The notes under the pieces were generated by a model that made no database searches, had not been told where the DNA came from, and saw nothing but the letters and a program-made list of their open reading frames with translations. Below are positions 47,620-57,073 of a stretch of DNA of 64,000 nucleotides, piece by piece. This DNA comes from an uncultured Candidatus Saccharibacteria bacterium (lineage in GTDB: Bacteria; Patescibacteriota; Minisyncoccia; Phycocordibacterales; CAYSCM01): contig CAYSCM010000001.1 of the NCBI GenBank assembly GCA_964429815.1, positions 384,001-448,000 on the forward strand, written 5' to 3'. How positions within the stretch are numbered: position 1 is the stretch's first letter; each line of letters begins with the position of its first letter. A program made the position numbers and the translations under genes.

Positions 47620-47809
47620 CGCCGCCGCCCTCGCCACCGACGGCGCGGCTGGTTCGAGTTATTTCTAGTATTCTGCACTATAGCAGGCAACTGCTTGCCT
47701 GCGTGTGGGCATCGAAGGCCGCAGTGATGTTTCGTTAGGAGACGAAACCGCGGGGCGGGGTCGCGACCGAGGCGAGCGGCGGCGAGCTCTGATTTGTAGT
47801 TTCAAACTT

Positions 47810-47894
47810 GGTGCCGGGGGTGGGGGTCGAACCCACATCTCTTGCGAGGCACGATTTTAAGTCGTGTGCGTATACCAATTCCGCCACCCCGGCG
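47810..47894 (-). tRNA. tRNA-Leu (anticodon TAA), class II, CCA encoded
   Basis: Reverse complement reads gccgggg-tg-gcggaattggtatacgc-a-cacga-ctTAAaa-tcgtg, long variable arm, gtggg-ttcgacc-cccac-ccccggc-a-cca. Confidence 0.85.
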
Positions 47895-47899
47895 TTCGT

Positions 47900-48295
47900 C
47901 TATTGTAAAACCTTTTCGAGTTTACTCGGAAGCGCGGGGTATGCAAACGGATAGTTTTGAAGCTCAGCGATCGAGACAAATGCATACTCCTGGTGCTCGT
48001 GGCTAAGTTTTAGTTGCGATAGGTCTTTGATTTGAACATCAAACACGACCGCGTACGTAAGCCCTGATGTACTAATGTCGACATCCACAATTTTATTCAT
48101 CCCGCCCACTTCGAGATCGGTCTCTTCTCGCGTCTCTCTCTGTAGTGCTTCAAAACATCCCTTATCGCGATGCTCCATGCGGCCGCCGGGCAGCATCCAA
48201 CCGTTTTTATTTTTCAAAATCAAAATTTTACCGTCCCCACTTCGGATGATTGTCTGCTGGCTGATGAAATGAGGTTTGTGATCGGTTTGATTCAT
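47900..48295 (-). CDS. NUDIX hydrolase
   Basis: Nudix box GGRMEHRDKGCFEALQRETREETD. Start moved to MNQTDHK to avoid overlap with tRNA-Cys. Confidence 0.7.
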   Translation of the reverse strand: MNQTDHKPHFISQQTIIRSGDGKILILKNKNGWMLPGGRMEHRDKGCFEALQRETREETDLEVGGMNKIVDVDISTSGLTYAVVFDVQIKDLSQLKLSHEHQEYAFVSIAELQNYPFAYPALPSKLEKVLQ

Positions 48296-48299
48296 GTAG

Positions 48300-48374
48300 T
48301 GGAGGCCCAGACCGGAATCGAACCGGCGCATCGCGGTTTTGCAGACCGCTGTGTTACCACTTCACCACTGGGCC
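48300..48374 (-). tRNA. tRNA-Cys (anticodon GCA), CCA encoded
   Basis: Reverse complement reads ggcccag-tg-gtgaagtggtaacac-a-gcggt-ctGCAaa-accgc-gatgc-gccgg-ttcgatt-ccggt-ctgggcc-t-cca. Confidence 0.8.
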
Positions 48375-48379
48375 AAGTA

Positions 48380-48712
48380 TTACTTTTCGCTATCTTCCTC
48401 GACAAGGCGATCTAGACGTTGCCGATTCCTTTCGCCCTGGTCAAGTGTAACACTAAGCGACGGTACCCTCGCGATGCGGGATTCCTTGGCAACGTACGTG
48501 CGAAGGTCGCCGAGGTTGCGCTTTAAGAATGCGAGTGCGGGTTTTTCTTTTTCCGTCGGAAACACGGTGACAAAAATAGTCGCGTACTTAAGGTCGGGGC
48601 TAAGTTGTATGCGCGTCACCGTAATAAGCGACGTGCGGTTGCTCTCCGAGGCTATATAACGACCGATAACGGTTCGAAGCTCCTCGCTCACTTTTTCCTG
48701 GCGCTCGCTCAT
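48380..48712 (-). CDS. rbfA: Ribosome-binding factor A
   Basis: 110 aa. ITVTRIQLSPDLKYATIFVTVFP resembles the RbfA core. Located immediately downstream of infB. Confidence 0.75.
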   Translation of the reverse strand: MSERQEKVSEELRTVIGRYIASESNRTSLITVTRIQLSPDLKYATIFVTVFPTEKEKPALAFLKRNLGDLRTYVAKESRIARVPSLSVTLDQGERNRQRLDRLVEEDSEK

Positions 48713-50214
48713 TAGCGTTTGACGACGACAAAGCTCTGGAGTTCGTCTCCGGGCATTATTTCAATCTTTGATTGCACTTCGGCGCCGAATTCTCCATCGG
48801 TTACCTTCTTTACATCAACTTTCTGCTGCTGGAGGTTGGTGATTTTACCCTTGCCGACCTCGAGCTTTTGGCGAATAATCTTTACCTGATCGCCGAGCGC
48901 GATGGCTCCTTCCTCCATCCGCGCGCCGATAACGTGCTTGTCCTTAGTCGTATTGAATTTTCGCAGCACTTTGAGACGAGCAGAGCTTTCTTCGACGTCG
49001 ACCTTCGGCGCGGCCGTGGTCAGTTTTTCAGCGAGCCACTCGGAGAGTTTGTAGATGATATCGAAAGTCGCTACTTCGACGCCATCGCGTTCCGCCAAAA
49101 TTTTCGCCGCCGACTCGACCGGGGAATTGAACCCGACAATAATGCCCTTTTCCGTACCAAGGGCCTTTACGTCGGCCTCGGAGACGGGTCCGACACCGCG
49201 CTCTACGATCTTCATAGTGATGCGTTCGTGGGAGAATTTCGCAAGCTCATGCTCGATGGCTTCAAGCGAGCCCGCGGTGTCCGCTTTTATTACGATAGGC
49301 AGCCGAAGTTTTTCACCCTCCGACGCGCTCACCGGAGTTTTCTTTTTCATGGCGAGACGTTCGGTCTTGGTTATTTCCTCGGCCTCCTTTTTCTTTTCGA
49401 CCGCTGTGAAGGGCGAGCCGACCTCGGGGAGTTCGCTCCAGCCGATGATGCGCGCGGGGGTGCCTGCAACGATCTTCTTTGCGGGCTTTCCCAAAAAATT
49501 TTCCATAATACGAACGGGGGAGTATGCCGCCCCCGCGATCACAAAGCTGCCGCTCGCCAAGGTACCGTCTTTGACGATAAGGGTCGCTGCGATGCCGCGC
49601 TTGGGGTCGCGGTGCGCTTCGATGACAACCCCGGAGGCAGGCGCGCGCGGATCTGCTCGAAGCTCTGCGAGGTCGGCGACGAGGAGAAGAATGTCGAGAA
49701 GTTGCGGAATACCCTCGCCCGATTTCGAAGAAATGGGAACGTACGGTACATCGCCACCCATGCCTTCAAGATAGATTTCATTCTCAATCAAATTTGCTTT
49801 GACGCGTTCGACGTTGGCGTTTGGCTTATCGATCTTGGTGATAGCGACGACGAAGGGACGCTTAGCGTCTCTGATCGATTTGAGCGCTTCGAGCGTCTGC
49901 GGTTTTACGCCGTCCTCTGCGGATACCACAAGGATGGCAATGTCGGCAGCATCCGCGCCGCGCGAGCGCATTTTTACGAACGCCTCGTGGCCGGGCGTGT
50001 CGAGGAAGGTGATCGTGCGCAAAGCGCCTTTCTCACCCTTATGCGTGACCTCGTACGCAGAGAGGTGCTGCGTTATGCCACCCGCCTCTTTTTCGACGAC
50101 GTTTGTTTTACGAAGGTAATCGAGAAGTGTCGATTTGCCGTGGTCGATGTGTCCCAACACGGCGATAACAGGAGCTCGCGTTGAAAGGGAAATAGCTTGT
50201 GTCGTTTTTTCCAT
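48712..50214 (-). CDS. infB: Translation initiation factor IF-2 (short form lacking the N-terminal extension)
   Basis: G domain [29 protein letters not shown]. 500 aa. Confidence 0.85.
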   Translation of the reverse strand: MEKTTQAISLSTRAPVIAVLGHIDHGKSTLLDYLRKTNVVEKEAGGITQHLSAYEVTHKGEKGALRTITFLDTPGHEAFVKMRSRGADAADIAILVVSAEDGVKPQTLEALKSIRDAKRPFVVAITKIDKPNANVERVKANLIENEIYLEGMGGDVPYVPISSKSGEGIPQLLDILLLVADLAELRADPRAPASGVVIEAHRDPKRGIAATLIVKDGTLASGSFVIAGAAYSPVRIMENFLGKPAKKIVAGTPARIIGWSELPEVGSPFTAVEKKKEAEEITKTERLAMKKKTPVSASEGEKLRLPIVIKADTAGSLEAIEHELAKFSHERITMKIVERGVGPVSEADVKALGTEKGIIVGFNSPVESAAKILAERDGVEVATFDIIYKLSEWLAEKLTTAAPKVDVEESSARLKVLRKFNTTKDKHVIGARMEEGAIALGDQVKIIRQKLEVGKGKITNLQQQKVDVKKVTDGEFGAEVQSKIEIMPGDELQSFVVVKR

Positions 50215-50231
50215 ACAAAACGTGATGAAAT

Positions 50232-50711
50232 CTACTTGTCGCCGAGATACTCTTTAGCATCTTTGATCGCTGCCTTCTCTTCGTCGGTAAGCTCGTAGGA
50301 GGAGCTGCCTTTTTGGAGCGGCTTTCCAAACACACTCATACGATCCCTACTCCAGAGTGTCGAGAGGATCATGCCGTCTCCATCTTCGTTGAGGAATGCG
50401 GTAGCAAAGCTCTGAAATCCTCCCTCGCCGGTTCCCTTAAAAGGATTGAAGCGGATGGTTTTCACACCCTGCACGGCACGTCGGAGTCTTCGCTCGACGC
50501 GCGAGAGATATTTCTCCATCTCATCCTGCCACTCCCGCATCTCGATGAGCGACTTACCATGCTCGGCGATCGCGGACTCAAGGTCGGCGCCTTTCTTTCC
50601 GCGCGTGAGGCGATGAAGTCGCATTTCGAGGCGAATGATCCACAGCGTCGCGATGATGAGTGCGCCCGTAAGAATAAGAAGAAGCGTCGTGGTTTCAAAA
50701 GGAGCGGTCAC
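50232..50711 (-). CDS. Hypothetical membrane-anchored coiled-coil protein
   Basis: N-terminal TM (LLLILTGALIIATLWII) followed by a charged helical region. Confidence 0.4.
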   Translation of the reverse strand: MTAPFETTTLLLILTGALIIATLWIIRLEMRLHRLTRGKKGADLESAIAEHGKSLIEMREWQDEMEKYLSRVERRLRRAVQGVKTIRFNPFKGTGEGGFQSFATAFLNEDGDGMILSTLWSRDRMSVFGKPLQKGSSSYELTDEEKAAIKDAKEYLGDK

Positions 50712-50776
50712 GGCATAGCCATACTACACGCGGGGGACGCTTTTGCAAAACGGCACTCCCTGCGTAGAATGGCGCA

Positions 50777-51982
50777 ATGGTTTGGTTTCTGCGCCGAAAA
50801 GCGCCAGCATTGAAGCGAGTATACCTCGACTACGCATCGACTACGCCGGTCGACCCGCGCGTCAGCGCGGCCATGGCGCCATACCTTTCGGAGACCTTTG
50901 GGAATCCGAGCTCGCAGCACGAAGAGGGATTCGCGGCTCGCGACGCGCTCGCTATATTTCGCCGATCCATCGCGCGCACGATAGAGGCGCACGCGGACGA
51001 GATAACGTTCACCGGAAGCGGCTCGGAAGCAAACAATCTCGCCATTCTCGGTCTTGCGCGCGCGCTTGAGAGGAAGGGAAGAAAACTCTCCGACATGCAT
51101 GCCGTCGCCTCGGCCATCGAGCATCCCTCCGTGCTCGAGTGCCTTGCCAAGCTTCGTCGGCGGAGTCTCTCGGTCACTTTGGTGCGCCCCACCAAGGAGG
51201 GCATCGTAACGGCAGAGGCGATCGTGAAAGAGCTTACGGAGAGGACGGTGCTCGTTTCGGTTGGGCTCGTAAACGGCGAGATAGGGACGATCGCGCCATT
51301 GCGCAAGATCTCTCAGGTGCTCAGGGCCCGGAAGGGGGAGACGATCTACCTCCATACGGATGCGTCACAAGCGCCGCTCTACCTGTCGCTTCTTGTCGAT
51401 TCCCTTGGCATCGACCTCATGACGGTTGATGCACAAAAAATCTATGGACCCAAGGGCGTAGGGTTCCTCTACCACAAGCGCGGCGTGCCGCTCTCGCCAC
51501 AAACTCTCGGCGGTTCGCAAGAGTCGGGGCTACGCGCCGGCACTGAGCCGCTCTCGCTCATCGCGGGGCTCGCGACGGCACTTCGCCTCGCTCAGGAAGG
51601 GTGGAAAGAGCGTCGCGAGAGTACCATGTCGCTGCGTGACTATCTTATAGAAGGGTTGGAAGCGCGCATTCCCAAGGCTGTTCTCAACGGAAGCCGCAGC
51701 AAGCGCGTCGCGAACAACGTCAACATGTCGTTTCCAGGGATGGACGGAGAGTATCTGGCGGCGCTTCTCAATGCCGCGGGCTTTGCGGTCGCGACCAAAA
51801 GCGCATGCCTTAACAGAGAGCGTGTCTCCTACGTTATCGAGGCGTTGGGAGCGGACGAGGCCCGCTCTTCATCGGCGATTCGCATCACTCTTGGTATACA
51901 TGTAGGTCATGGGGAGCTCAATGCGTTCCTCAAATCACTCGCGACGATCGTTGCAAAATTTGACAAATCGCCTCAAAAGTGA
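50777..51982 (+). CDS. Cysteine desulfurase (class V aminotransferase, IscS/NifS-like)
   Basis: VYLDYASTTPVDPRV, the PLP-lysine region, and active-site Cys in ...SACLNRERVSYV... Confidence 0.75.
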   Translation: MVWFLRRKAPALKRVYLDYASTTPVDPRVSAAMAPYLSETFGNPSSQHEEGFAARDALAIFRRSIARTIEAHADEITFTGSGSEANNLAILGLARALERKGRKLSDMHAVASAIEHPSVLECLAKLRRRSLSVTLVRPTKEGIVTAEAIVKELTERTVLVSVGLVNGEIGTIAPLRKISQVLRARKGETIYLHTDASQAPLYLSLLVDSLGIDLMTVDAQKIYGPKGVGFLYHKRGVPLSPQTLGGSQESGLRAGTEPLSLIAGLATALRLAQEGWKERRESTMSLRDYLIEGLEARIPKAVLNGSRSKRVANNVNMSFPGMDGEYLAALLNAAGFAVATKSACLNRERVSYVIEALGADEARSSSAIRITLGIHVGHGELNAFLKSLATIVAKFDKSPQK

Positions 51983-52059
51983 CACGATGACGACATCGGT
52001 GCGCACTCCGTAAACGCTAGCAGTTGTAGAGGGAAGCGGCCCGGCTTACAATATTTCCA

Positions 52060-52905
52060 ATGAATATCGAAGAACTCACGAAAACCCAGCTCATTCTCCT
52101 CACGCTCCTCGTGGCCTTCGTGACCTCGATCGCGACCGGCATCGTGACCGCTTCGCTTCTCCAGGAAGCCCCGCAAACTCTCACCCAGACCATCAACCGC
52201 GTCGTTGAGCGCACGGTAGAGCGGGTCGTTCCCGACACCTCGACCGCTGCGGCGACCGTCGCCAAGGAAAAAGAGACGACCGTGGTCGTCAAAGAGGATG
52301 ACCTTGTGACGAGTGCCATCGCTAAAAACAGCGCCTCGCTCGTGCGCCTCACGCGCCACATTCCAAACGGCGGCACGGAGGAGTTCTCCTTTGCCGCGAT
52401 CGGCGTCATTCTCACGAAAGACGGGCTCGTGGCGACCGACGATGCGCAAATAAGCGCCGGCGGCTCCTATATAGCTTTGCTTCCGGACGGAACCCAGGTG
52501 AACGCTAAGGTAGTTACGGAGGGTGCGGGCCCGATAGCCCTTCTGTCCCTCGATATGACCTCCGCGACGACGACCAAGCTCACGCCCATCACGATCGGCG
52601 GCTCGGATTCGCTCAAACTCGGACAATCCATCGTCGGGCTCTCTGGGCGCGAGCGCACCACAGTCGCGACCGGCATCATTTCGGGCATCATCTCCGGAAA
52701 GGGCGGTACACCGGCCTTCATCGAAACCACAGTCGGGGGGCTCGCCGCCGGCGCGCCCGTCATAAACGTCTTCGGTGACGTTGTCGGGCTTTCGACCGGA
52801 AATTCACGCGAACACGACCCGTCTACGTTCACACCGGGCTCGGTCATCAGTGCCGAGCTCAAGAGCCTCTCCGGCACGGCGACGAGCACCCAAACAGGGA
52901 CTTAG
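52060..52905 (+). CDS. Membrane-anchored trypsin-like (DegP/S1C-like) domain protein, apparently catalytically inactive
   Basis: N-terminal TM. The fold pattern resembles HtrA (…KDGLVATDDAQI…, …GGLAAGAPVINVFGDVVGLSTG…). The catalytic His is replaced by Asp (ATDDA instead of TNNHV), and the Ser motif GNSGGP is replaced by GGLAAGAP. Confidence 0.45.
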   Translation: MNIEELTKTQLILLTLLVAFVTSIATGIVTASLLQEAPQTLTQTINRVVERTVERVVPDTSTAAATVAKEKETTVVVKEDDLVTSAIAKNSASLVRLTRHIPNGGTEEFSFAAIGVILTKDGLVATDDAQISAGGSYIALLPDGTQVNAKVVTEGAGPIALLSLDMTSATTTKLTPITIGGSDSLKLGQSIVGLSGRERTTVATGIISGIISGKGGTPAFIETTVGGLAAGAPVINVFGDVVGLSTGNSREHDPSTFTPGSVISAELKSLSGTATSTQTGT

Positions 52906-52923
52906 CACGTAAAAGAAATTACC

Positions 52924-55602
52924 ATGCCTCCATTCAGCAATTTCACAACTAAAGCGCGGGAAGCTATCCGGAAAGCACACGAACTCGCCATCGAGCGGGG
53001 GCAAAACCATGTGAACCCGCTCCACCTCCTCGCGGCCCTCGCTCTCCAAGAGGAGTCGATGGTCTTTTCCATTCTTGAAAAACTCGACATCGATACGATA
53101 CTCCTCACTGACTCCGTGCTCGAAGCGCTCGAAACGCCCGAAAACGCCTCGGTGCTCTCACCCTCTTACCAACTCTACCTGACGCCGGAGTTCGCACAGG
53201 TGCTTGAGAGCTCGACCAAGATCGCAGGGAACCTCGGGGAGAATTTCGTCTCGACCGAGCACCTCTTCGTCGGCATCATCGACAATCCGGGCCCGGCCCG
53301 CGACGTCCTTTCGCGCTTCAAGCTCGACCGCACCAGTGTCCTTAACGTTCTCTCGGAGCTTAAAAACAGCAAGGTCGCTGAGACGAAAGAGCCCAAGCGC
53401 TTCCGTGCACTCGGCAAATACACGCGCTCGCTCACCAAGCTCGCCGCGGAGAATAAGCTCGACCCGGTCATCGGCCGCGACAGTGAAATAAACCGCGTCA
53501 TTCAGATAATTTCCCGCCGTACGAAGAATAACCCGATCCTCATCGGCGAGGCCGGCGTGGGAAAGACGGCCATCGCGGAGGGTCTCGCTCAGCGCATCGC
53601 GAGCGGCGACGTTCCGGACTCTATTCGTGAAAAAGAGCTTCTCTCGCTCGATCTCGGGCTCCTCATCGCCGGCACTAAGTATCGTGGTGAGTTCGAGGAG
53701 CGTCTCAAGAATGTTATGAAAGAGGTGGAACGCGCGGAAGGGAAGGTCATTCTCTTCATCGATGAGCTTCACACGATCGTCGGTGCTGGGGCCGCTGAGG
53801 GCGCCATGGATGCTAGCAATATGCTCAAGCCCGCTCTTGCGCGCGGCGAGCTTCGTGTTGTCGGGGCGACGACTCTCAAGGAGTATCAAAAGCACATCGA
53901 ACGCGATCCGGCGCTTACGCGACGCTTCCAGCCGATCTACGTCCAAGAGCCGAGCCTCGACGATGCTATCGCCATTTTGCGGGGTCTCAAGGAGAAATAC
54001 GAGCTTTTCCATGGCGTGCACATCACCGATGACGCCATCGTCGCGGCGGCACAGCTCAGCTCCCGCTACATCAGCGATCGCTATCTCCCCGACAAAGCCA
54101 TCGACCTCATCGACGAAGCCGCTTCCGGACTGCGCATATCGCTTGAGAACAAGCCTCCCATCCTCGAAGAAGCCCATCGGAAAATCTTGCGCCTCGAAAT
54201 AGAGAAGGAAGCGCTCAAAAAGGATGTCGAAGCAGGCACCAATTCCGCCAAAAATCGCGTTAAGAAAATAGACAAAGAGATCGCCGACCTCAAGGAGAAA
54301 ACTTCCGAGCTCTCGCTCAAGTGGAGCAACGAAAAGGCGACCCTCGGGGAAATAAAGGAGGCAAAAAAGACGCTCGAGAGTTTGCGCGTCGAAGCGGACG
54401 CTGCGGAAGCGCGCGCCGACCTCGCCCGTGCGGCCGAGATCCGTTACGGCCGCATCCCGAACCTCGAAAAGGACCTCGATGCAAAAAGCAAGCGCCTCAA
54501 GAAGCTCCAGAGCTCGCGTCGCATACTTAAGGAAGAAGTCACTGAGTCCGATATCGCCTCGGTCGTCGCGCGTTGGACCGGCATTCCGGTCGCCCGCATG
54601 CTCGAGGAGGAGGCCGCGAAGCTCTCTCGCATGGAGGAGGAGCTCAGGAAGCGCATCATCGGCCAGGACGATGCCGTGAAGCGCGTCGCGGACGCCGTGA
54701 AGCGCTCACGTGCCGGCATCTCCGACCCCCACCGCCCCATAGGCTCTTTTCTCTTCCTTGGCCCCACCGGAGTGGGAAAGACCGAGCTCACCAAGGCGCT
54801 TGCTGAGTTTATGTTCGACGACGAGAAAGCTCTCATCCGCGTCGATATGTCGGAGTATATGGAGCGCCACGCGGTCTCTAAGATCATCGGGGCTCCTCCG
54901 GGCTACGTCGGGCACGACGAAGGAGGCTCGCTCACGGAGATGATCCGTCACCGACCGTACTCGGTGGTCCTCTTCGATGAGATAGAGAAGGCTCACCCGG
55001 AGGTCTTCAACATCCTTCTCCAAGTGCTCGACAACGGCCGCCTCACGGACGCAAAAGGACGCGTGGTGAACTTCAAAAACACCATAATCATCCTCACGAG
55101 CAACATCGGTGCCGAATTCATGGACAAAGGGAGCTCTATCGGCTTTGCCGCGAAGGGGGGCGAGGTTGCCGAATACGAGCAGATAAAAGAGAAAGTGACG
55201 GGCCGCCTCAAGGATTACTTCCGTCCCGAGTTCATCAATCGCCTCGACGAGATCATCAACTTCAACATTCTTTCGCAGGAAGCTATAGCCAATATCGTAA
55301 AGCTTCAGGTCGAGGTCGTGCGCAAGCGGCTCCTCGAAAAAGAAATCGAGCTCGAGATTGCGCCGGAGGTTTATGCCTACCTCGGCAAGGAGGGCTATAA
55401 CCCGCAGTATGGTGCTCGACCACTGAAGCGCTTGATCCAGAACAAAATTCTCACCCCCATTGCCTCACTTATGGTGTCCCACGGAGTCATGGAAGGAGGT
55501 CTTATCTCGATCGGCCTCAAGGGCGAAGAGTTTACCTTCGAGGTAAAGAAAGGGAAGATCCGCTCGCACTTCTCGGCAAAGAAGCAAAAAGCCACAGCAT
55601 AG
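52924..55602 (+). CDS. clpB: ATP-dependent chaperone ClpB
   Basis: Two AAA+ modules ([16 protein letters not shown]) separated by a long coiled-coil M domain, plus a Clp-N domain. 892 aa. Confidence 0.9.
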   Translation: MPPFSNFTTKAREAIRKAHELAIERGQNHVNPLHLLAALALQEESMVFSILEKLDIDTILLTDSVLEALETPENASVLSPSYQLYLTPEFAQVLESSTKIAGNLGENFVSTEHLFVGIIDNPGPARDVLSRFKLDRTSVLNVLSELKNSKVAETKEPKRFRALGKYTRSLTKLAAENKLDPVIGRDSEINRVIQIISRRTKNNPILIGEAGVGKTAIAEGLAQRIASGDVPDSIREKELLSLDLGLLIAGTKYRGEFEERLKNVMKEVERAEGKVILFIDELHTIVGAGAAEGAMDASNMLKPALARGELRVVGATTLKEYQKHIERDPALTRRFQPIYVQEPSLDDAIAILRGLKEKYELFHGVHITDDAIVAAAQLSSRYISDRYLPDKAIDLIDEAASGLRISLENKPPILEEAHRKILRLEIEKEALKKDVEAGTNSAKNRVKKIDKEIADLKEKTSELSLKWSNEKATLGEIKEAKKTLESLRVEADAAEARADLARAAEIRYGRIPNLEKDLDAKSKRLKKLQSSRRILKEEVTESDIASVVARWTGIPVARMLEEEAAKLSRMEEELRKRIIGQDDAVKRVADAVKRSRAGISDPHRPIGSFLFLGPTGVGKTELTKALAEFMFDDEKALIRVDMSEYMERHAVSKIIGAPPGYVGHDEGGSLTEMIRHRPYSVVLFDEIEKAHPEVFNILLQVLDNGRLTDAKGRVVNFKNTIIILTSNIGAEFMDKGSSIGFAAKGGEVAEYEQIKEKVTGRLKDYFRPEFINRLDEIINFNILSQEAIANIVKLQVEVVRKRLLEKEIELEIAPEVYAYLGKEGYNPQYGARPLKRLIQNKILTPIASLMVSHGVMEGGLISIGLKGEEFTFEVKKGKIRSHFSAKKQKATA

Positions 55603-55664
55603 GTGGGGTTTGTAAAAAGAAAGCCGCCCAATGTGGGACGGCCTTTAGTCGGTCATCACGATGC

Positions 55665-56156
55665 CTAAAGTGGTACAGCTTCGTGAGCGATGTTCTCCAT
55701 GAAGTTTGAATCGCGGTGGGGGAGTAGACATTGGAGTGTCGACAGATTCTGCCTCCAGTTTGGAGGAAAGCAGAATATATCGAGGACTCCACAGTAGTGA
55801 GCGCTCAGTTTGTAAATGAGGTCATCGGCCGTGGGGCCAAAGGTATCACGAAGAAGTTCTCTCCAGGCCCCGAAGTCTTCATGTTGGAAGGTGGGATCTT
55901 GGTTGTCGTCGTAGTCATCGAGATCGCTGATTTCAAACGAGGTCCATCGCGTCTCGACCCCAGCTGCTATGTGAGCAGCTTCCTGGCGTTTTGCGACAAA
56001 AAAATGGGCAGCGATAAAATCTGGGACGGTCAGGATGATGTCAATATCGCCACCCCTTCCTTCGCGCGCGATGCTACCGAACAACTCTACCGATTGCACG
56101 TATGGACAACTGCGCAGTACCTCGGCCACCTTTTTTGCGTCCGCAAGTGTAGGCAT
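55665..56156 (-). CDS. Nucleotidyltransferase-domain protein (Pol-beta/MNT-like)
   Basis: GSIAREGRGGDIDI motif (GS...D.D). No HEPN partner is visible nearby. Confidence 0.55.
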   Translation of the reverse strand: MPTLADAKKVAEVLRSCPYVQSVELFGSIAREGRGGDIDIILTVPDFIAAHFFVAKRQEAAHIAAGVETRWTSFEISDLDDYDDNQDPTFQHEDFGAWRELLRDTFGPTADDLIYKLSAHYCGVLDIFCFPPNWRQNLSTLQCLLPHRDSNFMENIAHEAVPL

Positions 56157-56273
56157 GCTAGCCTCCTTACATGTTCATTCTCTGAAAAATATTATATCAA
56201 TAAAAATTTAAAATGTCAAAGCTCGCCAGCGAGGGATTTTAAAAAGACAAAAAAAATGCTAGCCTAGCTTCGC

Positions 56274-56357
56274 GCGTCGGTGGCGGAGTGGTCAATCGCA
56301 CCTGACTGTAAATCAGGCGGCTTTATGCCTACGGGGGTTCGAATCCCTCCCGGCGCA
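56274..56357 (+). tRNA. tRNA-Tyr (anticodon GTA), class II
   Basis: gcgtcgg-tg-gcgg-agtggtcaa-tcgc-a-cctga-ctGTAaa-tcagg, variable arm cggctttatgcctac, ggggg-ttcgaat-ccctc-ccggcgc-a. One U-G pair in the acceptor. Confidence 0.75.
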
Positions 56358-56489
56358 CTACGTGACAAGTACTCTAAATAAGAGTACTGTTAAGAGCAGA
56401 GTACCTGTAGCGCGACGCTGCAGGTGCGTTCCTAGGGCAAGCGTGATGCTTGTCTAACAATACGGCGCGATGCCGTAAGGAGTAGTACC

Positions 56490-56915
56490 ATGAGACGTTC
56501 GAATGTTGACGCAATTTATGCGGAAAATCCCTTTCTGTCGAAAGTGATCGCGAGAGTCAAGGTTCCAGATGCGCAGGTGAAGCGCTGGAACGAAGATTTC
56601 CTCGGCAGCACACCCGACACCTACCCTGATTCAGGAACTGAAAAGATTTACCTGATCGACGGACAAGGCAACAAGATCGTACGCGTGGGAAGTCTTTCTG
56701 ATCGAATCACTGGATTCTTTGGACTCCACCAGAACAGCGAAACGGTCGGACAGGCCTTAGCGCGTATCGGCGACAAAACTCGCCAGGTGCAGTACGCGGT
56801 CGGAGAGTGGAACGGGAGGGTCATTTTGTGGAAACTCCCGAACGGCTACAACAACGCAGCCGATTGGTTGAGGTCGCGGATTGCGGAAGCTCGGGCTGAG
56901 CTGAAAGCATCCTGA
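56490..56915 (+). CDS. Hypothetical protein
   Basis: 141-aa ORF followed by two terminator hairpins (about 56938-56966 and 57025-57055). Confidence 0.4.
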   Translation: MRRSNVDAIYAENPFLSKVIARVKVPDAQVKRWNEDFLGSTPDTYPDSGTEKIYLIDGQGNKIVRVGSLSDRITGFFGLHQNSETVGQALARIGDKTRQVQYAVGEWNGRVILWKLPNGYNNAADWLRSRIAEARAELKAS

Positions 56916-57073
56916 TCAACCTACCAGAATAATTGTTTGACCCCAGGCAATCCGGCCTGGGGTTTTATGTTTTCTGATCTAAAACCATTCCGATATCGTT
57001 CCATACGGCGCACCAAAACAAAAACCCACAGCGAAAGGCTGTGGGTTTTTGTTTTGGCTCTATACTTAACTCA

